Source of the DNA: an uncultured virus (IMG/VR IMGVR_UViG_3300009155_000061)
Lineage: Duplodnaviria > Heunggongvirae > Uroviricota > Caudoviricetes
IMG/VR virus record: IMGVR_UViG_3300009155_000061
Direction: 5' to 3' (one strand)
DNA: 64,000 bases
Below the pieces are notes generated by a model, which did no database searches, was not told the DNA's origin, and saw only the letters and a program-made list of their open reading frames with translations. The first letter of the stretch is position 1. Each line of letters starts with the position of its first letter. This document shows, in pieces, positions 37,720 through 47,639 of the stretch. The position numbers were made by a program, and so were the translations under genes.

Positions 37720-37739
37720 ATTAAGTATTTATATATTAT

Positions 37740-39446
37740 ATGCCAAAAAAACCAGAAAAACAGTTTTATTTAGGTAATGAGAATCTACCAACAACTGATG
37801 CACAGTTTGATTACTCAAGCCACCCCGAATGGGTAGAGGATATTGCTAAGAGTAGAAAAAATATTTTATACTTTGCAGAAAACTTCTTTTACATAATAAA
37901 CCTCGATCAAGGTAAAATGAAAATTAAACTTCACAATTATCAGAGAAAAGTACTTAGAGGGTTGAGAGACAATAGATTTGTATGTTTACTAGCAAGTCGT
38001 CAAATTGGGAAAACTACTTTAATGACAATATATGCATTATGGATAGCTTGCTTCTTTGAAGACCAACGTATTTTAGTTGTAGCTAATAAAGAACAAACAG
38101 CAATCAATATCTTTAAGAGAATCAGATTAGCTTATGAGAAACTACCTAACTACCTTAAACCAGGAACTATAGAATACGGTAAAACCTCGATGTCACTAGG
38201 CAATGGGTCGAGTATTGGTATTTCGACAACAAGCAGTGATGCAGGTCGAGGAGATAGCTGTAATGTTCTTATTTTGGACGAGCTAGCGTTTATTGACAAC
38301 CATATGGTAGAAGATTTCTGGCGTTCCGTATATCCAATTATTTCTTCGTCTAAAAAATCAAAAATATTTGTAGCTAGTACACCTAATGGTACTGATAATT
38401 TATTTTACGATCTCTATCAAGGCGCTCTTGAAGGTAATAACGACTGGCATGCTGAAAAAGTAGATTGGTGGGAAGTCCCTGGTCGTGATGATGAATGGAA
38501 AGAAAAAACTATTCGTTCTCTAGGAAGTAAGGATGCATTTGATCAGGAATTCGGAAATGTATTCTTACAAACAGGAGAAAGCGCTCTGGACGATGCGCTA
38601 TTTGAAGCAATGAAAGAAGAATGCGTTAAACCAAAATTTGTTTTTGATGAAGGTAAATATTTACTTTGGGATGAGCCGAGTAAAGACAAGATATATGTAG
38701 CAGGTGTCGATATAAGTGAGGGGGTTGGTGAAGCAGCAAGTGTAGTGCAAATTCTTGACATTACTGATTTGAGAGAAATTAAACAAGTTGCGACCTATCA
38801 CAGTAGAATAATTAGCCCTTATAATTTCACTACCAAGTTACATGAAATACTACAGCACTGGGGAAGCCCTCTTGCTTTGGTTGAAAGAAATAATTGTGGT
38901 GCGCAGGTTGTAGATCAACTTAAAAATGTTTTACAGTATGAAAATTTAGTTTCTTATGGAGCGAAAATTGCGGGAAGTAAATTTAATAAAATTGGAGTAC
39001 AAGCTCATACAAATTCAAAATATAAAGGTGTAATGAATATGCGCTATTGGGTTAATGAGCTTAAAGCAGTAAAAATTTATGATTTAAAAACGTTAAATGA
39101 ATTAAAAATGTTTGTTCGCTATCCTAACGGTACGTGGGCCGCAAAACCAGGTTCAGATAATTGGGATGATAGAGTTATGAGTTTAATATGGGCATTAATG
39201 ATATTAGAAAATGATCTAGTTGAAAAATATTTTGAAATAGAACAATTTGATAACAATAAAAAACCTCTTAAAATTAGAGCGCTAGATTTTGGTATAAAAT
39301 ATTTTATTAACCCTACTTCATTATATAGTAACGAAAGAAATGACCAAGGTGCTGTACCTCTGCCGGTTATTATACAAGGTGATAATAGTAGTGAAAAAGA
39401 TGAGCTAAAAGATCTCGAGGCTCAGGGGTGGTCTAGATTAAATTAA
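37740..39446 (+). CDS. terminase large subunit gp17
   Basis: ASRQIGKTT, GRGDS, LDELAF, STPNG, FDQEF, AGVDISEG, VERNN, DDRVMS. Confidence 0.95.
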   Translation: MPKKPEKQFYLGNENLPTTDAQFDYSSHPEWVEDIAKSRKNILYFAENFFYIINLDQGKMKIKLHNYQRKVLRGLRDNRFVCLLASRQIGKTTLMTIYALWIACFFEDQRILVVANKEQTAINIFKRIRLAYEKLPNYLKPGTIEYGKTSMSLGNGSSIGISTTSSDAGRGDSCNVLILDELAFIDNHMVEDFWRSVYPIISSSKKSKIFVASTPNGTDNLFYDLYQGALEGNNDWHAEKVDWWEVPGRDDEWKEKTIRSLGSKDAFDQEFGNVFLQTGESALDDALFEAMKEECVKPKFVFDEGKYLLWDEPSKDKIYVAGVDISEGVGEAASVVQILDITDLREIKQVATYHSRIISPYNFTTKLHEILQHWGSPLALVERNNCGAQVVDQLKNVLQYENLVSYGAKIAGSKFNKIGVQAHTNSKYKGVMNMRYWVNELKAVKIYDLKTLNELKMFVRYPNGTWAAKPGSDNWDDRVMSLIWALMILENDLVEKYFEIEQFDNNKKPLKIRALDFGIKYFINPTSLYSNERNDQGAVPLPVIIQGDNSSEKDELKDLEAQGWSRLN

Positions 39447-39449
39447 TAT

Positions 39450-40052
39450 ATGGCTAATCTTGTAAATTACGCACAAAGTCCTTTTAATAAAACAAGAAAA
39501 GACAAATTTCTTTTAGTTTTAAATTTTCCTGATGGTCTTAAAGACATATCCAAAAAATTAACAAGAACAAACCAATCGATTTTACCCGATACAATTCAGT
39601 TCTCAGTATATGGTGCTATAGTACCTGATGTAGAAGTTCCTGTTGTAAATGTAAGATATACAGGACAAACATTAGCTGCTTCTAGTCATGCAAGACCACC
39701 ATATCCTGCATGTACTGTAAATTTTACAGTAGATAATAGGTTTAATAACTATTGGACAATATATAAATGGTTAGACCTTCTTACTAGTAGTGAAGACGGA
39801 TTAGTAGATAAAGATAATATTTTAGTTAAGAATAACAGAACTGATTTAATGAAATATGCGGCTAATATATCTATATTTGCTCTAGATGAATATGATAAAC
39901 GTACAGTAGAATTTGTGTATACTAACGCTTTTCCTACATCTTTAGGAGGTATCAATTTTAATAATAGAGATGCTAGTGAAATTGAAACAACTTTTACCTT
40001 TAATTATTCAAGATTATTAGTTTCTTTAGTCGAAACTGTAGATAGTTTGTAA
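39450..40052 (+). CDS. tail-tube-fold protein (gp3-like tail completion)
   Basis: VNFTVDNRFNNY..IYKW, FVYTNAFPTSLGGINF, TFTFNYS. Confidence 0.65.
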   Translation: MANLVNYAQSPFNKTRKDKFLLVLNFPDGLKDISKKLTRTNQSILPDTIQFSVYGAIVPDVEVPVVNVRYTGQTLAASSHARPPYPACTVNFTVDNRFNNYWTIYKWLDLLTSSEDGLVDKDNILVKNNRTDLMKYAANISIFALDEYDKRTVEFVYTNAFPTSLGGINFNNRDASEIETTFTFNYSRLLVSLVETVDSL

Positions 40053-40081
40053 AAAATTAAAAAGTTTTATCCAAAAAACCA

Positions 40082-40087
40082 TAAATA
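40082..40087 (+). promoter_or_regulatory. late promoter TAAATA of the tail sheath gene (6 nt before ATG)
   Basis: Read directly; the same motif precedes the genes at 42413, 42988, 43918, 45562, 47640, 49373, 55375 and 61185. Confidence 0.7.
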
Positions 40088-40093
40088 CTTTAT

Positions 40094-42388
40094 ATGGCAC
40101 GCACAATTCAAAGTCCTGGGGTAGAGATTACCGAGAAAGATTTTACACAAGCAACCGCTGGTACAGCACCAACTACAGTATTTATTTCAGGGTTTGCTTC
40201 TAAAGGACCTAGCTCAGAACCTATTAGCATTGCATCTTTGTCAGAATTCGAACAAGTTTTCGGTGCACCAACAAATTCTGCTGAAAGATATTTTTATCAT
40301 ACAACAAGAGCTGTACTGCAGTCACCTGCCAGCGTATTAGTTTATAGATTACCATACGGTCCTAATGCCGGTGTTGATACCAGCAACGACTTTAGTGCCT
40401 TAGTATATCCCGTCGCCTCGTATGTTAATGGTGCCTCATCGACAAATCTAAACCTTTCAGTCTCCGGTGCTTATTTCTTTGGAGAACCCACACACTTAAA
40501 ACTAACGCAAGCTGAATATCTTTCGATTTTACGCGGTGATGGCTTTAGCTGGTCTGCAGATACAGGCGGATCTACTACATTTAATACCGTAGCTTCTCTT
40601 GCTAATGCAGGATTAATCATTCTAAACAAAGCCCAATCTACAATTAATAGCAGATTTGAGGGTACATACGTTGGATTGATCGATAATTTAAATCTTAACC
40701 CTGCTACCGCATTTGATGACATTGGTAGCGTACTTTCTGTTAATACTAGCGCTACTGCAATTTATGGTGACAGTTTTGTAAGTATCCCTTCAACGAGACT
40801 AAACTTTAGCTTATCTGCTGAAACCGGTGGAGCTGCTGGTAGTGTTTCCGAGGTAATCGAAAACATTCCTTCGTTCGATATTTCATCGAGACAGTTTGAC
40901 GATACAATTACTCTCGGAGTATTCGGGTTACGTCAATCAGTATTCTCTCCTGATACAATCGCGCTTGATTACGTCTTGCGTGAAAGTTATGTAGGCTCTT
41001 TCGACTTTAATAGACAAATTAACACTGAAAACGGCGGACCTGCTACTAGCTTCTTTATGGAGCAAGTCGACGAGAGTTCGCTTAATGTAACAACATTGAT
41101 CAATCCATTTATTTCAAATAGAAATCAAACAACATGGCTAGATGTCGATGGTATACCTCGCAAGAAAGCTCGTTTCCTTAGCAGATCATCACTTAACCCT
41201 CTAGCTAATGAAACAGCTGATGAATATGAAGCAAGAGTTGGTGCACCTGCAGCACAAGTTCGAGGATTTTATAATTACCTCGGTGGTACGGATGCTTTAA
41301 TTGCTTTAGGTGATTATAGCAACCAGGACTTATCTACGAAAGAGATTGGTAATCTACCTACTAAACTTCAAGTAGCTCTTGATAAAGTTAATAACTCCGA
41401 TCTATTTCCAATTAATATTGCTGTAGAAGCCGGTCTAGGCACTGTTTATGTTAATTCGTTTAACCCACGTACACTCGGTTACTTTGATGATAGCATACCC
41501 TACGATTCAATGACAAATTCACTGACAGCGCAGAACGGTCTCTCTGTACCAACAGCTGTCTCACAATATAACGGTGTAGCAAATGCATTCTTAGGATTAG
41601 TTGATAATCGTAAAGATCTTATCTTTATTGCTGATGCTCTTACAAATATTTTTGTACAAGGTTCAAATGTAAAAACGTTAGATGTACCTACAAATACATT
41701 TGCAAATAATATCTACTGGCCATTAAGAAATCAATTTGCTTCGCTAAACACAAGCTATGCTTGTACATTCGCGAATGTCGCGAAAGTAACAGACGTTGCT
41801 GCATCTCAAGAAGTCTGGGTACCTTTCTCAGGTTTTGCAGCTGCTGCAATGGCAAATACTGATAGCAATTATCAGCCATGGTATGCACCCGCAGGATTTA
41901 CACGCGGTATTCTTGCCGGAGCTAACGATATTGCAATTTATCCTAAGCAGAAGCAACGTGATCAACTCTATAAAGCTAATTTAAACCCTGTTACATTCTT
42001 CCCTGCTGAAGGATTCGTAATCTTTGGTCAAAAGACATTGCAGAAGAAGCCCAGTGCATTTGATAGAATTAATGTACGCAGACTCTTCTTAAGCCTCGAA
42101 ACTTCAACAAGAGATACTGTTAAATACTTTGTATTTGAGCCAAATACACTCTTTACACGTACTCAAGTATTGAATAGCATCACACCCATTTTTGATAATG
42201 CTAAAAATACACAAGGTATATATGATTATCTAATTATTTGTGATGAAAGAAACAATACACCATCAGTTGTTGATGATAATACATTAGTTATAGATATATA
42301 TATTAAGCCAGTACGTACTGCTGAATATATCCTCTGTAACTTCTACGCAACAAGAACCGGAACAAGCTTCCAGGAGATTATCTCGTAA
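40094..42388 (+). CDS. tail sheath protein gp18
   Basis: SPGVEITEKD, PWYAPAGFTRG, FGQKTL, AFDRINVRRLF, FEPN, CDERNN, DIYIKP. Confidence 0.96.
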   Translation: MARTIQSPGVEITEKDFTQATAGTAPTTVFISGFASKGPSSEPISIASLSEFEQVFGAPTNSAERYFYHTTRAVLQSPASVLVYRLPYGPNAGVDTSNDFSALVYPVASYVNGASSTNLNLSVSGAYFFGEPTHLKLTQAEYLSILRGDGFSWSADTGGSTTFNTVASLANAGLIILNKAQSTINSRFEGTYVGLIDNLNLNPATAFDDIGSVLSVNTSATAIYGDSFVSIPSTRLNFSLSAETGGAAGSVSEVIENIPSFDISSRQFDDTITLGVFGLRQSVFSPDTIALDYVLRESYVGSFDFNRQINTENGGPATSFFMEQVDESSLNVTTLINPFISNRNQTTWLDVDGIPRKKARFLSRSSLNPLANETADEYEARVGAPAAQVRGFYNYLGGTDALIALGDYSNQDLSTKEIGNLPTKLQVALDKVNNSDLFPINIAVEAGLGTVYVNSFNPRTLGYFDDSIPYDSMTNSLTAQNGLSVPTAVSQYNGVANAFLGLVDNRKDLIFIADALTNIFVQGSNVKTLDVPTNTFANNIYWPLRNQFASLNTSYACTFANVAKVTDVAASQEVWVPFSGFAAAAMANTDSNYQPWYAPAGFTRGILAGANDIAIYPKQKQRDQLYKANLNPVTFFPAEGFVIFGQKTLQKKPSAFDRINVRRLFLSLETSTRDTVKYFVFEPNTLFTRTQVLNSITPIFDNAKNTQGIYDYLIICDERNNTPSVVDDNTLVIDIYIKPVRTAEYILCNFYATRTGTSFQEIIS

Positions 42389-42412
42389 GAGTAATAAGGA
42401 ATAAATAATTTT

Positions 42413-42961
42413 ATGGCAGATGTAAATCAACTTATTACCGACTTTTACAGAGTAGCTTCTACTCGCGAGTTCGCTCGTGATTTTAACTTTAGAGTACTCT
42501 CAATTAACACCGGTGGAGCAAGTACAGTAACGTTTGATGAAAATGACTTAGTATATGTAAAAACAGCTTCACTACCTGAAAGAGCTATTACAAATATTGC
42601 TGTACCTTACATGGGATTAAACTTCAATTTACCCGGTAATGCAACCTATCCAGGCAGTGAAGCATATGCATTAACGTTCTATGCTGATGCTAATTCACAA
42701 CTTCGCCAGAAATTCGAACAATGGTCAACAGATATTTTCGACGATTCTAATTCTACTGGTAATTATTTTGCTCCTAAGCAGACCGCTATTATCGACCTCG
42801 TACAGCTCGATAATCAAATGAATAAACAATCACAGTATCAATTAGTCGGTGTATCAGTTAGAAGCGTTGGACCGCTACAGTATAATATTGCTACTGGAAC
42901 AGGCGAGACAATTGAATTTACTGCTACAGTTTCGTATCACTACTGGAGAAAAATCTCTTAA
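42413..42961 (+). CDS. tail tube protein gp19
   Basis: Follows the sheath gene; ASLP, VPYMG, LRQKFEQW, QLD, EFTATVSY.YW. Confidence 0.88.
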   Translation: MADVNQLITDFYRVASTREFARDFNFRVLSINTGGASTVTFDENDLVYVKTASLPERAITNIAVPYMGLNFNLPGNATYPGSEAYALTFYADANSQLRQKFEQWSTDIFDDSNSTGNYFAPKQTAIIDLVQLDNQMNKQSQYQLVGVSVRSVGPLQYNIATGTGETIEFTATVSYHYWRKIS

Positions 42962-42987
42962 ATCTACTCAGTTAACTAAATAATTAA

Positions 42988-43896
42988 GTGAATAACCCGT
43001 TTACGAACGCACTTAATGGTTTAGGACAAAACTTCACAGGTCTCGCTACAGGTAATAACCCGCTATTTGCTCCTCAAGTAACTAATCTTTTTGGATTTAA
43101 TATTCCCGGTGTTCCTATTGTAAGTGTTAGAGATTATTTTCTCTTTCAAATGGAATCGTGGTTTACTGCGATTCCTAATTCATCTCAATGGATAGTTGTT
43201 ATAGATGCTTATCCTCGCGCTCTTAGAACTAATATTATTCAAGGATTAGAGAGAACAGATGGCTCTAAGAAAGGGTTTAATATCGATTCTGCTGTTACTA
43301 TTTTAAACAGTTTTCCTTTACAAAAAGTTATTGGATGTTTATTTGCGCATGCTATAACAGTACCTACCGAACAGTATGAAGTAATGTCTGCATCTGTGCC
43401 TAATAATAGAGGATTTTTACCTGGTATTTTAGGAGGTGGAAGAACAACTGAACCGCCCGCACTTGTTATTGATTTTAGAGAAACAAATACATCATTTATT
43501 GACTTTGTTATTAGACCGTGGGTTATTTTAGGTTCGCATTACGGTATGACAGCACGTCCCGGTGATATAGGTAGCTCAAAAGACCTTAAGAATATGAAAG
43601 TGAATATGACTTTACTGGAATATACAAGAACCTTACATAGTATTTCAATGATACCGAGAAAAGTATTTAACTTTTACAATTGTGTGCCTTATCAAGTATC
43701 CGAACAGTCTTTAGATTATTCAGATGATAAATTGACAACATATTCTACACGCTGGACGTATTCAAATTATACTGTTGAAAATAACCTTTATCTTCCTGTT
43801 GCTGATATTGTTAATAGAATTTCAAATGGCGAAATTCCTAGAATTACAAGCTTTCAAAACGGTATTGGCAGTATTAACCCTCTTGGATTTTTATAA
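42988..43896 (+). CDS. tail-tube-like baseplate protein (gp54/gp48-like)
   Basis: Tube-fold motifs FRET, RPW, FYNCVP, WTYSNY; position. Confidence 0.6.
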   Translation: MNNPFTNALNGLGQNFTGLATGNNPLFAPQVTNLFGFNIPGVPIVSVRDYFLFQMESWFTAIPNSSQWIVVIDAYPRALRTNIIQGLERTDGSKKGFNIDSAVTILNSFPLQKVIGCLFAHAITVPTEQYEVMSASVPNNRGFLPGILGGGRTTEPPALVIDFRETNTSFIDFVIRPWVILGSHYGMTARPGDIGSSKDLKNMKVNMTLLEYTRTLHSISMIPRKVFNFYNCVPYQVSEQSLDYSDDKLTTYSTRWTYSNYTVENNLYLPVADIVNRISNGEIPRITSFQNGIGSINPLGFL

Positions 43897-43917
43897 TTTT
43901 CGAGTTAAATAAGCTTT

Positions 43918-44790
43918 GTGGACGATTTTATATATCAAAGCTATATCCCTTCGTTAGGAAAGATTACTGATTTGTATGAGTTAAAATATTCAACGTTTAA
44001 ATCCCTTGTTAAAACGCTTTTAAACAACAATAATAAACAAATATCTCTTTTGTTTGATAGAATATTAGATAATTTATTAGTAGAAAAGAATCTCAAACTT
44101 ACGTTTTTTGATAAACTATATCTGCTACTTACAATTCGTACTATTTGTATTACACCAGTACTTGAGCTTACGATTCCAGATAAAATTACTAAGAAAGACA
44201 ACCCACTCTCTATTGATTTAGGTAATATTATTACCACATTAAAAGAAATTAACTTACCAGAAGAACTATTACACTCAGAAAAAACGTATAATAAGATACA
44301 GGTAGAATATGGATTACCTTCTTCATTATTAGCAGAGAAAAACGAAAACAGTTTTCTAACTACAATTAAAAGAATTAAATTTAACAACGAAGAAGTCGAT
44401 ATTAACGACTCAAATATTGCTGAGTTACTGCCTGCTAATATATTTAAAGATTGTAAAGAGCATTTTAATAAGATAGAAAAATTCTTTGAAAGTTATTATC
44501 TTCTTAATTTTAAGCTGCCTAATGAAAAAATTGAACTTAATATTTCTCTTGCAGATAATACAGTTTTAGAATTCTTAAAGATAATCTTTAAGCGAGATCT
44601 ACTCTCTCTTTACGAATTTGAGTATTATTTTGTCACAAAAGCTAATCTCGGCAGCAATTTACTGTACAATTCCACACCTGCTGAGATAAATGTATATATG
44701 AACCTCTTTAAGAAAGAGATTGAAGAGAGAAATAAGTCGAACAAAGAGTTGAACATGCCCAATAAAGGACCTAATTATAAACATGAGTAA
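43918..44790 (+). CDS. baseplate hub assembly protein (gp26/gp51-like)
   Basis: LTFFDKLYLLLTIR (gp26-like) and C-terminal TPAEINVYMNL (gp51-like). Confidence 0.55.
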   Translation: MDDFIYQSYIPSLGKITDLYELKYSTFKSLVKTLLNNNNKQISLLFDRILDNLLVEKNLKLTFFDKLYLLLTIRTICITPVLELTIPDKITKKDNPLSIDLGNIITTLKEINLPEELLHSEKTYNKIQVEYGLPSSLLAEKNENSFLTTIKRIKFNNEEVDINDSNIAELLPANIFKDCKEHFNKIEKFFESYYLLNFKLPNEKIELNISLADNTVLEFLKIIFKRDLLSLYEFEYYFVTKANLGSNLLYNSTPAEINVYMNLFKKEIEERNKSNKELNMPNKGPNYKHE

Positions 44791-45535
44791 TACAGTAGAT
44801 CTGCTAAGACAATTAGAAGAGCTTAATAGAACTAATACTATTGATGTATTTGTACCTTCCTTAAAAAAAGAAGTTAAGTTTAAAAACCTTAACCTTAAGC
44901 AGCAAAAGAATCTTTTAAAAACGTCTATTGACGAAACGCTTACTAAGCTATCCTTTATCATTAATTTCTATAGTATTATTCAGGAGAATATTGATAGCTC
45001 TGTTAAGGTTAGCGATCTTTATACATTCGATCGCACTGCAATAGCAATTGCCTTAAGAGCAAAATGCTTAGATTCAAATTATAAGTACGATGATAATTCG
45101 TATAATTTAATTGATAAAGTTAGTCAGATACCTTCATTAGAAATAAAAATTCCATTAGAGAAAAAAATTGAATATCAAAATATTACTGTTGAATTACAGG
45201 CGCCTAAACTTGGGCTTGATAAAGCTGTAAGCAGCTATTCTTTAGAAAGTATAAAATTATTACAAGATAAGGATTTTAAAAACGTAATTGGTGAACTCTT
45301 TATTCATGAAATTATTAAATTTATTAAATGTATTTCCATAAATGGTGATAAACCTTTTACTGCTGATTTTAACAATTCAAATGTCGTTGAGCTTATTCCG
45401 ATTGTTGAAAGATTGCCTGCTTCAGTAACAAATAATATTTTAGAATATGTTAAGTCTTACAGAGAAACAGAGAATCAATTTACTAGAATTAATGATATTA
45501 ATGTTGAAGTCGACGGCGCATTTTTCTCTATCTAA
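44783..45535 (+). CDS. baseplate hub assembly protein (gp26-like)
   Basis: VPSLKKEVKFK, LYTFD..AI.LRAK, C-terminal FF. Confidence 0.6.
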   Translation: MSNTVDLLRQLEELNRTNTIDVFVPSLKKEVKFKNLNLKQQKNLLKTSIDETLTKLSFIINFYSIIQENIDSSVKVSDLYTFDRTAIAIALRAKCLDSNYKYDDNSYNLIDKVSQIPSLEIKIPLEKKIEYQNITVELQAPKLGLDKAVSSYSLESIKLLQDKDFKNVIGELFIHEIIKFIKCISINGDKPFTADFNNSNVVELIPIVERLPASVTNNILEYVKSYRETENQFTRINDINVEVDGAFFSI

Positions 45536-45561
45536 CTAATCTAATCTCTTAAATATTGTTA

Positions 45562-47631
45562 ATGGACGAGTTATCTAATGATCAGCTTATCGCTGTATTT
45601 GGTAAAGGGTTTGAAGATCTTAAGCTTCAATCAGTTCAACAGACTAAAATACTACAAAATGTTGAAAAAATACTAGATAAACGTATATCTATCGATGATA
45701 ATAGATATGCGATTACAGCAGAGGCACAAGCAAAAAGAGATAAGCGTCAAAAAGAACCTCAAGAGGTAACATTTTCCAAATCTGCGCAAAAATCATTAAA
45801 GGCATTAGATCAATCAGACAAATATGGTGCGTTATTGAAAGAGGTAAAGTCTTCTCAAAAGAAAGAATCCGGTTCAATATTTAAATTCTTAAGTCCTATA
45901 TTACTTCTTTTAGGAGGCATTGCAGGGCTAGCATTTGGTGTACAAAAAATTCCTGCTATGAAAAAAATGTTTGAAAATTTTCAAAAGGGTTCAGTGTTTA
46001 CAAGTTTAAAAAATATTTTAAATGTGTTTAATAAAAAGAATCTTGAATTTAAAGAGTTTATTCGTGGTATACCTTTTGTAGGAAGATTAATCGATGCTTA
46101 CGATGGATTCTCTCTTATAGCGCAAGGGCAGATTGAAAAAGGTATTAAAAGATTAGCTTTTGCCATTCCTGGTGCTGAATTTATTGCTACTTTCTTTGGC
46201 AGTTCAAAGCAAAGACTGCTTGGCAATTATGATGCAAAGACAGACAAGAGCAAACAATTCAGTTTATTTGGTAAAAAGTTTTCTTTTGAACAAGTAGTAG
46301 ATGGTATCTTTAACGGCATCACAAATTTTCTAAACCCAGTGATAGATTTCTTCGGAAAAGTGAGCAGTCTCTTTGTACAGCTCTATCAAGTTGCAACAAA
46401 GGGTAGTAACATTAACTTCAAGGATATAACAGGCATACTTGATCAAATTGCTGTGTATTTTCCTGTACTCACGCCAGTAACAAGATTTTTATCTATGCTA
46501 ACTGAAAAAGCGTTTAAATGGCAAGCTGGTAAACAAACAGGAGAAACCAATATAAATAGTGTAAACATAGGCGATATTTTTAATTCAGTATTTGATAATA
46601 TCGCTGAAACAATTAATTCTGTAGTCTCTACTGTTGTGGATATAGTAAATGCAATATCACTAATTTTTAGTGGTAATAAAACTGCTGCGAGTAAAGGATT
46701 TGAAATTTTAGATAATTACGCACCAGGTATTTCTAATGGTCTTAGATTTGTTGTAAATACAATAGATAATCTTCAAGAAATAGATAAAGCTGAAGGGTTT
46801 GATAAAATCAAAAAAATTGGTAAAGCGCTTACTTCTCGTAACGAATACTACAAAGTATCTGCTTTAGATAGAAAAGCGGGTAATGATATAAATGATAAAG
46901 ATTCTTTTTATCAAGCAAGAGAAAACTCAATTTTAGAAGAACAAAGACTTAGAAAAGAAATTGAAAATGAAAAAAATCCTAATAAAAAAGTTTTAACAGA
47001 TACTTTAAAAGCAGGCGCCGCTGGTTCTGTTCTTGGAGGAAGTGTAGGTCTAGCTTCTTCAGCTATCCCGGGAACGCCTTTCTTTGGTCAGCCACTAACT
47101 GCAACGTTGCTTACCGGTATTGTATCTGGTGTCTTAACTAGTGCTGGCAGTCTTATTCTCGGATGGTCAAGAGAAAATTTTAAAGATATGTATGGTGATG
47201 ATAAAGACAGAATTGAAAGGATTAAAAAATTAGAACAGAGCCAACAGCTTCAACAAAATACTATTAAAACATTAGATACTGAAGGCGGAAAACAAATAGA
47301 CATAGACTACGAAAAATTAAAGCCAGTTAGTAGTGATACTAAGGCCATTGAGCAATTAAAAATCAATCAAGAACAAAATAAAGAAAGAGATAATATTAAG
47401 AAGATGATAGATAGTATTAGTACTGGGCTTAATAAGCATGCTAGTCTTCTAGAAGCGTTGTTGAATAAACAAACTGAGAATAATAATACATTAGCTAATA
47501 TAAGTAATAATACGTTAAAGTCGAATAATGTTATTGTTAAAAATAGTTCAAATATAAATAATTTTTCCAACAAAGCATCAAGTAATTACGATTTTCAAAT
47601 GACAGATCTTGGTAGATCTGTATATGCATAA
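45562..47631 (+). CDS. probable tape measure protein (gp29-like)
   Basis: Long helical protein with hydrophobic segments, IPFVG motif, Asn-rich C-terminus; position in tail module. Confidence 0.6.
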   Translation: MDELSNDQLIAVFGKGFEDLKLQSVQQTKILQNVEKILDKRISIDDNRYAITAEAQAKRDKRQKEPQEVTFSKSAQKSLKALDQSDKYGALLKEVKSSQKKESGSIFKFLSPILLLLGGIAGLAFGVQKIPAMKKMFENFQKGSVFTSLKNILNVFNKKNLEFKEFIRGIPFVGRLIDAYDGFSLIAQGQIEKGIKRLAFAIPGAEFIATFFGSSKQRLLGNYDAKTDKSKQFSLFGKKFSFEQVVDGIFNGITNFLNPVIDFFGKVSSLFVQLYQVATKGSNINFKDITGILDQIAVYFPVLTPVTRFLSMLTEKAFKWQAGKQTGETNINSVNIGDIFNSVFDNIAETINSVVSTVVDIVNAISLIFSGNKTAASKGFEILDNYAPGISNGLRFVVNTIDNLQEIDKAEGFDKIKKIGKALTSRNEYYKVSALDRKAGNDINDKDSFYQARENSILEEQRLRKEIENEKNPNKKVLTDTLKAGAAGSVLGGSVGLASSAIPGTPFFGQPLTATLLTGIVSGVLTSAGSLILGWSRENFKDMYGDDKDRIERIKKLEQSQQLQQNTIKTLDTEGGKQIDIDYEKLKPVSSDTKAIEQLKINQEQNKERDNIKKMIDSISTGLNKHASLLEALLNKQTENNNTLANISNNTLKSNNVIVKNSSNINNFSNKASSNYDFQMTDLGRSVYA

Positions 47632-47639
47632 ATATAGTT

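Noticed and set aside
18324..39446. Introns or inteins in polymerase, UvsX, helicase, primase or terminase
   Set aside because: ORFs are continuous, of normal length, with motifs in the expected spacing
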